Of a stretch of 64,000 nt of DNA, positions 52,183-64,000 are shown one piece after another (position 1 is the stretch's first letter; each line of letters opens with the position of its first letter). Source of the DNA: Octopus sinensis. Its lineage: Eukaryota. The stretch covers positions 6,138,001 to 6,202,000 of the forward strand of contig NC_043004.1 in NCBI RefSeq assembly GCF_006345805.1, read 5' to 3'. A program made the translations under genes and the position numbers. The notes below the pieces were generated by a model. The model worked only from the letters and a program-made list of their open reading frames with translations, was not told the origin of the DNA and did no database searches.

Positions 52183-55017
52183 TACACAATTTAAATATTC
52201 ATTTATTTTAGATGAGATGAGGTGAAAAATATTTGCCATTTACAAATGCCTACATTCTTCTCATATTTATTAGTTAGGCTAAGGGTATGCGTCAATATTG
52301 ACAGGTCATTTAGATGTCACAGTGAGATATAGCAATACATGAAACAAAGAACAATGATACAAATCACGAACAAAATACAAATAAAGCTTTGATTCCTTTC
52401 AAATGTTAAATTTTACAATCTCTAATGATACTGAATGGCAATCATACACAACATAACGAAAACAGCATCCCAAAGGCTAGGTGCTCATACTGTACAAAGT
52501 GCGACTCACTTAAGAATTTTGTGAAACATACATAAGAAAGTAGCAGCTGCAACATATAAAAAAATCTGAATCAATAAGAGAGAATATGGAGTCACATAAA
52601 CCTGTAAGAGTAAAAGATTCCTTAAATCCCACCATATAGCCTTAAAGCAAATGTACAGTGCATAATGTAGTCCTTGCTATCCCATTCTACCTCACCTGCA
52701 TTAGCAACTACTTTTTGAAACTAGTAAGCTATATGCAGCCCAATATATCTACCTCTCCTCTTATTAACTTTTCTGCCGCTCACCTTCACAAATACCATGC
52801 TAAACAACCTTTCCTAATGATTCTCCGCAGAGCCACAGCCCTCTGGAAATCCTCTCCCCACCTGTGTTTAACTACAATAAATTTGTCAGTCAAGGTGCAA
52901 CAAGAGTCACCTCTATTGTTTTTATTACTATGCCAAAAAAAGAAAAAAGTTGTTAAACCAAACCTTCAAATCAATTGTCAGAAATAGCCTTTTTGTTAAC
53001 TCTACCACTGTAGCCATCTTCTATCAATCCAGAACACTTCTCATCAATCCTCCTTTACATCTCATATTATGTCCAATATTCTGGTCTTTCTAAAGCTGCT
53101 CTTTACCAGCAACTTATTCAGTTCATTTGAGTTCAATCTAGACCTGCAGATCAAAAGCTCCAACAACAAGATGATCAAATTACGTCTCAGCCTTTGCAAC
53201 TCTTTTTTACTGCTCAGGTCTAATGGTCAAAGTAATCCACTTCTAAATATGTATATCATACAGTTATCCTTCAAGCGTAAAAGTAATTTCCTTGTTGACA
53301 ATCAGAGAAAACTTATTTTAAACTACTTCTGCTTTGAACACTGGTCATTATGTAATATTATGCAGATGTTGTGATTAGGTCACTTAGCAAAGAAAAACAG
53401 AATAGAAAGCTATGAAGTTGCACCACAGTTCACTGCAGACACTTGTGGTCTGTTTTCAAGTATTATTTGGTGTGTCAATCAATATATTGTACAGGAAGTG
53501 TTGATTCATTGACAATCAGCTACAAACCAATCACATTTTATATTCAAGTATGTTTCCAAGTTGCAATATATTTATATATTTATGACAATATTGATTACCG
53601 TTCTCCCCAACACCACTGTATCTATGAGCTGTGTATTAAAAAATATACCTTATATGTTTCTGATAACATATTTCCAACAATTCAAACAAAAATGTTATTT
53701 GTTCTAAACTGACCCAAATCAAAAACACTTTTCCGGGGGGGGGGGGGTGAAGTTCAACAGTTTAGGTGCAAAGAGATTTGTTTCTAAAACTATGAATAAA
53801 GGTCAGATACACTTATACCAAACAAACAACCTTCTCTTCTGAAATGGTAGACACCTCAACTTGAGACAAAACTTGGAAACAACAAAGCAACTAAAGAAGC
53901 AAACTATATGTTTTTAATACCTTCAATATTACTGCCCACTCCTCAGTTGTGGGGCCTTGTCTTGCAAGTTATTTGGCGACCTCACTGGTGCTGGTGCAAC
54001 ATAAAAAAAGGCATCCAGTATACACTGTAAAGTGATTGGCATTAGGAAGAGCATCCAGCAGTAGAAACCAAACCAAAGCAGACAACAGAGTTCTATGCAC
54101 TCCTCTGGTTTCCCAGCTCCTGTCAAACTGTCCAACCCATGCCAGCATGGAAAACAAATGTTAAGTGATTAGGATATATTCAAAGATTCAATTATTAATC
54201 ATTTGAATAGAGACAAAGTGTTGTAATTTTCAATGGGTCTAAATGGAAGGGTTGTATACTGGAGCTTCAACAAAACTCATGGTTCTCCTTGGTCTCATTT
54301 CAAGATTGCTCCCAGTCAGTTACAAACATCTTTTACACCTTTTCTCTCACAGAGAGCTACATAGAAAGCTTGGCAACTAACACTGAGTTGTTTCCCCCAC
54401 TTCCATGTTGCCAGTGCAACAACAACTTCTAAAATTTGCTTCCTGTTTTATGCAAAGAGATTTGCCATTATTTGGAACCACTGCATAAAAAAAATGGTAC
54501 AAGCTTATTTTTAAAATGGTTGTCAAACCTCACAAAGACAAGTAGAAATTTAAATTCTATGAGAGAAACAACTGTAAATACAAACAAACAAATATGGTGA
54601 TAGAAATACATGATAGATCTGACCATACGGAGCAACTACAGATGTTGAAGGTTTAAACGGAACCACTATTTGTGTCGAAAAAACAATGAAATCAATAAAG
54701 TATACAAGAAGTGCAGTGACATACTTGGCAGACTGACAATATATCAACATTAGCTGACTTCTAAAAGGTGCAGGTGTGGCTGTATAGTTAAGAAGCTTAC
54801 TTGCCAACTATGTGGTCTTAGGTTCAGTGCTACTGTGTGGCACCTTGGGCAAATATTTTCAACTATAGTTTCAGGCTAACCAAAGCCTACAAGTGCAGGC
54901 CTGAATGTGTGGTTAAATTTGCTACCATGCCACTGCAATGAACCTTGGGCAAGTGTCTTTTACTATGGCACTGGGTTGACCAAAGCCTTGTCAGCGGATT
55001 TAGTAGACAGAAACTGG

Positions 55018-55051
<34 letters not shown>

Positions 55052-55930
55052 ATCTTTGTCTTGAAATTGTGATTATAAACGAGCATCATTAACATCATAC
55101 AAGCTATGTCATTTGTTTCCAGTCTTCCATGGATAACATGCCTGGACATGGGAAGTATTACCTTGTTTGGAAACAGGAAAGGATTGACAACAAGAAGGAC
55201 CTCACACTGTTGAAAAATCTACTTTAACAAACTTTGTCTGTCCCATAACAGCAGAGAAAAGCTAATGGTAAATAACGATGATTTCAATTTATCTGTAAAA
55301 ATTTATCTAAAACATGGATTTCCATAAGTAGTTGGTACGTTCCAGAACTAAAACAATGGCGTATTGCATACATCAAAGCTGTAATAAACAAAAATCTGTT
55401 GCTTGCATCATTAGATGAAAATGGATAACAATGTCACAATAAGATGAGAATAGAGAATGTGGAATATGTTAAGGAATCTCAACATAACTAGGAATGAATC
55501 TGTCTAAATTTTCAAAGAGAGAAAGTATTCTTATAAATTGCTAAAAGTACAGTTGGGTTGAGAACAAATATAGAATTCTTTATGAACCATTTTAAAAGAT
55601 GTCAGACATTAAAACATCATTTGTTGATGGTGAGAGCAAAGTAGTAAAATATACAGGCACTTCTTTAGCAGTGGTAATAAGTTATTCTTGAAGTAATGTT
55701 AGTTTTTGTAAGCACCAGAGAGCACAATTGTAACCTTGATAATGATCAAAACAAAAAAGAGCTACAAGAAATACAAAAAACTACTTTAATAAAAGATTTA
55801 ATTTTATTTTAAATAAAAGGAGGTCAAAACTGTTAATATAAAGATAAGAGATTAGATAATTATTCCTTTTTAAGTACAAAGTCCACAACATAATGAGATT
55901 ATATTTTTAAAAAATCATTCTAAAAATATT

Positions 55931-56297
55931 ACTCTCTTTTACTTGTTTCAGTCATTTGACTGTGGCCATGCTGGAGCACCACTTTAGTCGAGCACATCAA
56001 CCCCAGGACTTATTCTTTGGACGCCTAGTACTTATTCTATCAGTCTCTTTGCCAAACTGCTAAGTTACGGGGACGTAAACACACCAGTATCAGTTGTCAA
56101 GCGATGTTGTGGGACACACACACAAACACATACATATATACAACGGGCTTCTTTCAGTTTCTGTCTACCAAATCCACTCACAAGGCTTTGGTCGGCTCGA
56201 GGCTATAGTAGAACACTTGCCCAAGGTACCATGCAGTGGGACTGAACCCGGAACCATGTGGTTCGTAAGCAAGCTACCTACCACACAGCCACTCCTG
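55931..56297 (-). mobile_element. SINE family A
   Basis: Little-diverged full-length copy. Confidence 0.9.
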
Positions 56298-56704
56298 AAA
56301 CTTTTTATAAATTGTCCTTCATGAAACTCTTTCCTATAAAATTTACATTTATCAAGTCCAACTGCTTTTGAACCAAACTTAATAAATAAACAAAAATCTA
56401 TTGCTTGCATATTAGATGAGAATAAATTATGTGATCTTAATCAGTTTTATAGCAAAATGATTAATATTATTATCATTGATTTGACTCAGGTTTGTTCTTA
56501 ATTCTGGTAGAATTTATATGAGTAGCAGGTTACTACCTGTGACTTTAGGTATCCACAAGCTTTTAATAGCCTTTCAAAGTGCTTAAAACCCTCTTGATAA
56601 TCTTTCCTGTCCCTAACAGGCAAACTTTCTGTAGAAACTCTACAGGACATTATATTCGAATCTCCTTCAGCTATTTGTCTATAATTATTAACTATTATTA
56701 TTCA

Positions 56705-56925
56705 ACCAGGCAGAATTGTTAGCATGCTGGGCAAAATGTTTAGCAACATTTCAACTGTCTTTACGTTCTGAGTTCAAATTCCACCAAGGTCAACTTTGCT
56801 TTTCATCCTTTCAGGGTTGATAAAATAAGTACCGATGAAATACTGGAGTCAATGTAATCAACTAGTCCCCACTCCCCAAATTGCTGGCCTTGTGCTTTCA
56901 GTAGAAAGGATTATTGTTGTTATTA
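56705..56925 (+). mobile_element. SINE family B
   Basis: Family core and tail. Confidence 0.8.
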
Positions 56926-58959
56926 CTATTTTTGCTGCTGTTGCTGGAAACAACTTTGAGAATTTAGTAGAAAGAATAGGAAAAGTAAAATACAAATTTG
57001 GGTGTTTGTATATTCTTGGTGGCATGTCTATCACTCTCCTGGTTACTAGTGACCGTTCCCCTGAGAAACAAGCTGGAAAAACCAGACTCAGACAAGCAGA
57101 GTTATATGCCTTGTTATCAAATAGCAACAAATGACTGTAGACTTATCAAACATTTGACATCGTAGACAATCGTACTGCATGTTAAACTATCAGTTGTTTA
57201 ACTTGAAGCATAACAATACGACAAAAGATATTAAAAATTCAAAACATCATTGTTTAGTTGTTTTGTTCTAAAAATATATCTTAAGTGCCACATATACAGA
57301 TAATACAGGAGTGCTTATTTGTATGTCTATACTGAATGCTAATAAAACATGCTTGAAATTTTGATTACGGGCCAACAATCAAACTACTGCAAGCATGTGA
57401 ACAGAAGCACACACAAAAGCTTTAAATAGATCAGATTGGAGAAGCAATATATTGTGTTTATTAAAGCTTGTTTTAGGTTAAGTATTATATAAATTGATTA
57501 AAATGTAATAATACGATAACAATACAAAAACCCTGTACTGATGCCATGTAAAAAGCACCCAGTACACTCTGTAGAGTGGTTGACATTAGAAAGGGCACCC
57601 AGCCCTGGAAACCAAGCCAAAACAGACAATTGGAGCCTTGTGTAGTTCTCTGACTTGTCAGCTCCTGTCGAGCCGTCCAACCCATGCCAGCATGGAAAAT
57701 GTTCAATGATGATGATACATAATAATTTAATGTGGCGGAGAAGTTTGTTTTTTCACCATATTGCTTTGGGCAAATGTCTTTTACTATAGCCCTTAGCTGA
57801 CCAAAGACTTGCAAGTTGATTTCATAGAAGGTAACTAAAAGGTGTGTGTATGTGTGTTTGTGTCTCTCCTTGTCTTGACATCCTGTGACAGTTATAAATG
57901 AGTAAAAGTGTTAATTCTAAAATCTCTCTTAGAGATCAATGCAGCAGTTGTATTGACAAGTAATATTCGTAGCCACTTTCACCCATATATCGCCCATAAA
58001 AAATTTCACTCTATTTAGATTAAACATTATGGTAAGCTTTCACAATCTGGAAGAGAAGGACAGTATGCAACTGTTAGCTATGGGTGTTGACTACTGAACA
58101 TTTTGTATGCTCAGTCAGATGTTTCCTGGTGAGTTCATATTCAAACAATTCAAACAAGCAGGTTATGTGTTGCAAAAACACAACCAGGAGTATATATGGG
58201 TTAACATAACTGTCTGTTCGAGCAGACTCTACTGCAATATTTTAACCTCAAGAGGACATCTCCTCTAGCTAGTAAATGATACACAGTGTCATTGTCATAC
58301 AACCAGTGTCATTTGTTTCCAATATTCTGCACAAACATGAATTATTACCTTGCTTGGAAACAGGTGAGGGGTTAGTGTCAGAAAGGGCATCAGGCTATAG
58401 ATAATTTGCTTCTATAAACTTCACCCCGATCCATGCAAGCATGGAAATGTGGACGTAAAAACTATGATTATGATGCTGATGCAACAAAGACAACAATCTG
58501 GAAAGTGTGCATGTCTGTTCTGAGACAGCTTCGTAAGTGACAACACTAAAATTCTAAATGCATGATGGCAAGGAAATGTATATGGTCTTGTGTGTGTGTG
58601 TATATTTGTATTGTGTGGTTAAAGTTTTCACTTCATATTAGGTGGATGTTAACCTCAGAATGTCCACTGGGTGCCCGCTAGGGAACACTGCAATATTCAA
58701 ACTAAACATTAATTACTAATATTTCATTTTTGTATCTAGTTTACAAGATACTTGATGTGAATTCAAAAGTTGAAACAGATTTTGTTATATTTTGGGAGAG
58801 TAATTAAGTCAGTAACAAACACACACAGTGCTTCTACTTTACTTAATTTTTTATTTGTCAATTGGTTAACCATTTAACAAATTAAATAATAGTTGTAACT
58901 CTTCTGCTTCTAAATGAGCTCAGCCTAAGTACTTGTTATATTCTTCCTTTCATCAACTT

Positions 58960-59190
58960 AAAGCAGCAAGCTGGCAGAAATGTTAGTGCGCCGGGTGAAA
59001 TGCTTAGCGGTATTTCGTCTGTCATTACGTTCTGAGTTCAAATTCCGCTGAGGTCGACTTTGCCTTTCATCCTTTTGGGGGTGATAAATAAAGTACCAGT
59101 TTCGCACTGGGTTCAATGTAATCAACTTAATCCCTTTGTCTGTCCTTGTTTGTCCTTTCTGTGTTTAGCCCCTTGTGGGCAGTAAAGAAA
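58960..59190 (+). mobile_element. SINE family B (variant 3' end)
   Basis: Family head and core with a different tail. Confidence 0.8.
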
Positions 59191-59911
59191 TATATATTCT
59201 TCCTTTCATCAACTCTGCTGCATTTTACCTTTAGAACCCTGTTCTAAAAAACTTTGATGAGTTGATTGTTTTTCCCAAACTGCAGCCCCCAGAAATTCTC
59301 TCTCAGCCCACAACTCTCCTGCAGACGTCAATCAATAGGCATTCAAACTGAACATGAACCACATTAGTCTCAACCAGTTCCAGTCATCAATTAATGTTGA
59401 TTTTCCATGCTGGCATAGGTTGGATGGTTTGACAGGAGCTGGTAAGCCAGAGAGCTCAAACAGGCTTCAGTTGTTCGTTTTCAAACGGTTTCTACAACTG
59501 GTTGCCCTTCCAAATGCCAACCACTTTACAGAGTGTACCAGGTGACTTATGTAGCATCAGCACAAGAGCATTTCACATGATGCCAGTACAGGGGTTCCTG
59601 GAATTTTGAGTTCTTCTCCCACTCACACTAAATCGCAGAAAACAACTGAAACTGGATTACAACCACTCTGTCCCTGGGTTAAATTACTTTTTAAAAAACA
59701 AGCCCCCTTCCACCACAATAATAAAAAAAGTTAAAAAAACAAACTAAAAGTCCTCTTGAAAAACAAACTGTATACAATATACTTATTTTAATGACCAGAT
59801 TACATCATACCTTCCACTATTCCTCTATAGAATGTGAGGATAAACGTAATCCCATTGTCTTGCTAATGAAAGACACCTGTGCATTGAAATTCATTGCATT
59901 CTTTGTAATAT

Positions 59912-60198
59912 AGGTGCAGTTACAGCTGTGTGGCAAGAAGTCCACCTCACAATCACACGGTTTCGGGTTCAGTCCCACTGCATGGCATTACAGGCAAGTG
60001 TCTTTCTACTATAATCTTGGGCTGACCAAAGCGTTGTGAGTGGATTTGATATGTTTATATCCTAGTAACTTAGTAGTTCAACAAAAGAGACCGACAGAAT
60101 AAATACAAGGTTTAAAAAAAAGTACTGGGGTCAATTCTTCAAGGTAGTGCCCCAGCATGGTCAGTGTCTAATGACTGAAACAAGTAACAGATAAAAGG
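59912..60198 (+). mobile_element. SINE family A, internally deleted
   Basis: Head and tail present; microsatellite segment missing. Confidence 0.75.
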
Positions 60199-60240
60199 GA
60201 GCATGAAATTGGAAATAATGATTCTATAAACAAAAATAAA

Positions 60241-60462
60241 GACATTCTTTTCTACTCTAGGCACAAGGCTTGAAATTTTGGGGGAGGGGTGTCAGTCGAT
60301 TAGATTGACCCCAGTATGCAACTGGTACTTAATTTATCAACCTCGAAAGGATGAAAGCAAAGTCGACCTTGGCGGAATTTGAATTCAGAATGTAAAAGAC
60401 AGACGAAATACTGCCAAGCATTTCGCCCAGCGTGCTAACGTTTCTGCCAACTCACTGCCTTC
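60241..60462 (-). mobile_element. SINE family B
   Basis: Full-length reverse-complement copy. Confidence 0.85.
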
Positions 60463-60748
60463 AAAATAAAGAGACATTACAAGAGTACTGAAGGAACCAA
60501 AACATAGTGGTGGATGTAGATTATGAAAATGTTATTTGGTTATAAAGTCTCAGAAAATAATCACTGTAGAAAGAAAATAGACCTGAAACACTTGAGACAA
60601 TCCTTATGATGAGATCTTTATGAAAGCAATGAGACAATCCTTATGATGAAATGATTAACAGTTGACTCTTACAGTGAATCATTATTTCAAATTTCATTTT
60701 TTCCAAATGTTATATTCTTATGAAAATTTATTTATATTTTACCATTTA

Positions 60749-61074
60749 CTGCATTTGATGGCCTATAAGACACACTTTTTTTTTTACTCAAGAATGGCTT
60801 AAAACCACCCCAGCATCCAATGCACTCAATGTAGGCTCAAAACTCACGACTGTTGGCTGAAATTATACATCAGGTCAGGTAGATGTAGCCTAGTAGCTTA
60901 GCCTATAACGAATGTGGATGCAATAAATTGTTTATAATTACCGGTAATAACAAAGTTTTACAGGTAAGTGGAAGAATTAAAACATTATTTTAGTGGTGAT
61001 TTATTTTACAAAAGTATAGCCAAGACTAGGATGTGTCCTATGCACTTGTGTGTCTTATAGGCCATCAAATACAG
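60749..61074. mobile_element. pogo/Tigger-like MITE with 27-bp TIRs
   Basis: TA|ctgcatttgatggcctataagacacac ... gtgtgtcttataggccatcaaatacag|TA, one mismatch. Confidence 0.85.
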
Positions 61075-61259
61075 TAAGTCGGCCATATCCAGTCCTAATA
61101 TTCTACATGTTTTATGTTCAGACTGTCCAGATCCAACCTCTTGCACCTACCCTACTATGTCATTGTCAAAATAAACAATCACATCACCAAAACCTTTAAG
61201 GTAAGGGATAATACATCCTTTATTCAAACCTAAGGGGATAAATAAGCAGGTTAAACATA

Positions 61260-61656
61260 TCTTTTATCTTTTACTTGTTTCAGTCATTGAACTATGGTCA
61301 TGCTGGAGCACTGCCTTGTAGGGTTTAATCAAATAAATCAACCCCAGTACTTATCTTTTTTTTTAAAGTCTGGCACTTATTAGAAGTCTGGTCTCTTTTG
61401 CTGAACAGTTAAGTTATGGGAATGTAAGCAAACCAGCACCAGTTGTCAAGCAGCAGAGAGGGAGTACACAAGAAAGCGTGTGCACGCACACACACTGTTT
61501 CCACAGAGTTTTTGTTGACTAAATCCACTCACAAAGCATTGGTTGGCCTGGGGCTGTAGTAGAAGACACATGCTCAAGGTGCCTTGCTGTGGGACTAGAC
61601 TCAAAACCACATGGTTGCAAAATGAACTTCTTACCAAAACAGCCTTGCCTGTGCCT
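61260..61656 (-). mobile_element. SINE family A
   Basis: Diverged full-length copy. Confidence 0.8.
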
Positions 61657-61901
61657 AGAGAGGAGGAAGACCAACCGGAAAAATTTTAAAAGACTGTAAC
61701 ATAACCTTCTTTGTGGCCCTTTTCTGACTAAAGTCAAAAGGACAGTGAGAGGTGAACTTGAGAAAAGTATTTTGATTTCAGCTTTGTTGTTTTACTTGTT
61801 TGTTATATATCAAATGACCTTATCTGTATTTGAACAAGACCACGAACAATATCAAGTTCTTGCAACAGCTGTTTTAGGTCAATTATGAAATCTACTCATA
61901 T

Positions 61902-62610
61902 AGGCGCAGGAGTGGCTGTGCAGTTATTCAGTTTGCTTCTCAACCAGATGGGTCTGAGTCCAGCCCCACGGCGTGATACCTGGGGTAAGTGCCTTTTACT
62001 ATAGCACAGAGTCAAACAAGGCTTTGTGAGTGGATTTAGTAGACAGAAACTGAAAGAAGCTTGTCATGTGTGTATGTATCTATATATGCATGTATGTAGT
62101 GTGCATGCATGTGTATGTGTATGTATGCATGTGTGCGTGTGCATATGCGTATGTGTGTATGTATGTGTATGTGCATGCATACATGTGTGTATGTGCATGC
62201 ATACATGTGTGTACGTATGTGTGTAAGTGTGTACGTGTGCATGTATGTATGTGTGTGTGTGTGTGTATATGTACATATGTGTTTGTGAGTGCATGCATAT
62301 TTGTGTTTCCTTGTCGTGACATTGCATGACAGTTGTATGATTATTATGATACAAGCCATACAGTTCTATATTTAAGCAATGAAGAATTATTTACATTATT
62401 TACATTTACAAATATCCGTCAAATGTAAATTATATAAATAAGACACAAGCCATGTTGGTCACTTCCAAATGTCCGTGAAAACACGTCTGGCTATGAGGCA
62501 AACACTATCTTGCTTAGAAACAGGTGCAGGTTGGCAATAAAGGTATTCAACTGTTGAAAATCTGTATCAAATTCCATCTGCATGGAAAAGTGGACATTAA
62601 AACAATGACG
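61902..62610 (+). mobile_element. Hybrid SINE (family A head plus family C-like tail), family D
   Basis: aggcgcaggagtggctgtg head, long microsatellite, then cttgcttagaaacaggtg...catggaaaagtggacattaaaac tail. Related copies at about 54771-55280, 48470-48745, 57740-58490, 32010-32370 (-) and 28470-28830 (-). Confidence 0.7.
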
Positions 62611-62844
62611 AATGAATAACACCTATTCTATAATTTATCTATAAAGAAATCAATAAACTTAAATCTATCAATGAAAAGTAAATTATTGGAAAACTTGGCT
62701 GCACCATTTTTAACAATAAAATCTCAACTACTAGCAAGAACATAAACCTGATTTGTGGACAGTCCCTAGAATTGGCCTGCATTAACATGGATCAAACTGG
62801 AAACATAACTAGAAAGGTGTAGGCTGTAAGAACAGCAAAATTAA

Positions 62845-63240
62845 TCATCATCAGCATTGTTTAATGTCTGCTTTCCATGCTGGCATGAGTTGGACGGTTT
62901 GACTGAAGTCTGGAGAGCCAGGAGGCTGCACCAGGCTCCAATCTGATCTGGTAATGTTTCTACAGCTGGATGCCCTTCCTAATTCCAACCACTCCAAAAG
63001 TGTAGTGGGTGCTTTTTACATGCTACTGGCATAGGAGCCAGTCAGGGGGTACTGGCATCAACCATGTTCGGATAGTGCTTTTTACGTGCCACCAGCACAG
63101 GAGCTAGTCAGGTGGGTCTAGCATCCATCATGTCAGATAATGCTTTTTACATGCCACTGGCACGAGGGCCAGTCAGTGTGTACTGGCATCAGCCATGTTC
63201 GGATGGTGCCTTTTATGTGTCAGGAGGCACTGGCCACAGC
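62845..63240 (-). mobile_element. Family C copy with about four internal ~65-bp repeats
   Basis: gtgctttttac(a/g)tgcc...agtcagg...ggcatc...gttcggat unit repeated at about 63009, 63075, 63141 and 63206. Confidence 0.8.
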
Positions 63241-64000
63241 CACAATATTGAGTAGCGTTTCACTATTTCTTTTCTGATGAAAAACTTTGCTGAATGTTTT
63301 AGTTTCTCCTCTTCTCACAGCCCAACATACTTCGCTTCAGTTTATATTTAAATGGGACCATGAAGCTATAGCATTTGATGACATATAAAATGCATGTTCT
63401 TTAAAAAATTACCCCAAGTCTGATATGTAAACTTGGGTCTGCCATAAGATAATTTTGCTTAATGTTAAATGTGTGCAATTAAAATAGGGGTATGCCCAAT
63501 ATACCTGTGCATCATTTATGCTATCAAATATGGTATCTCTATGCTTTTGTTTCTCTGAGATTTTGATTCTTCATGACATGAACATCTCAAAAAACCTTAT
63601 GTGGTTTTCTCACAAGACAGTTGTTATACCTAGGTTTTTCTTAATATATAAGCTCAATATTTTTCTGCCTTATTGTATGACAAAAGCACCTATGTACTTC
63701 AAATGACATTTCAACAATAAATGATGATCAACATCATTTAACATCAGTTTTCCATGCAGGCATGGATTGGATAGGATTTGGTAAGCTGTGGGGCTATGTG
63801 GAGCTCTAGTATCAGTTTTGGCACGATTTCTACATCTGGATGCCTTTCTTAATGTCCATCTCTTTACGGTGTATCACAGGTGCTTTTATTCTTTTCTTGG
63901 CATCTTGGCACTAATGTGGTTGCCATATAACTTACAAGACAGAAAAAAAAAAAACCAGAGAAAAATGGAAAAAGCTCTCACTATTAAGTTGGGAAGGCAA

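Noticed and set aside
52600-53380. Possible very old LINE relic (ORFs 52658-52987 and 53069-53374)
   Set aside because: No RT or endonuclease motif could be read with confidence.
56835-57134. Overlapping 99-aa and 90-aa ORFs as possible upstream TRAK exons
   Set aside because: They start inside a family B SINE and show no similarity to the TRAK N-terminus.
353-61656. Apparent strand bias (family A mostly minus, family B mostly plus)
   Set aside because: There are too few copies to distinguish this from chance.

Overview
This is AT-rich eukaryotic DNA dense in microsatellites and SINEs. The repeat families look like those of octopus (coleoid cephalopod) genomes, which is my inference from recalled repeat sequences. 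One host gene is supported: a TRAK1/2-Milton orthologue (kinesin/Miro mitochondrial-trafficking adaptor) on the minus strand. I assembled 12 GT-AG exons between 46712 and 8481 (1631 nt, 543 codons plus 2 nt). All junctions are phase-compatible and stop-free, and they cover most of the HAP1_N coiled coil and the Milton domain. The N-terminal exons were not found and probably lie beyond base 64000; the last exon(s) are unresolved. The introns hold several tRNA-derived SINE families, many MITEs, a young 5'-truncated CR1-type LINE, an older LINE relic and a Tc1 transposase relic. Most ORF-track entries are artefacts of microsatellites, SINEs or antisense reading. The best unexplained signal is a minimal type I hammerhead ribozyme motif with an intact catalytic core and a palindromic helix III (5171-5220), on the same strand as the TRAK transcript; a second, variant Penelope-type hammerhead lies at 8772-8809. 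Also notable are a ~150-bp-arm foldback, two intragenic duplications next to splice sites, and candidate unannotated small exons.
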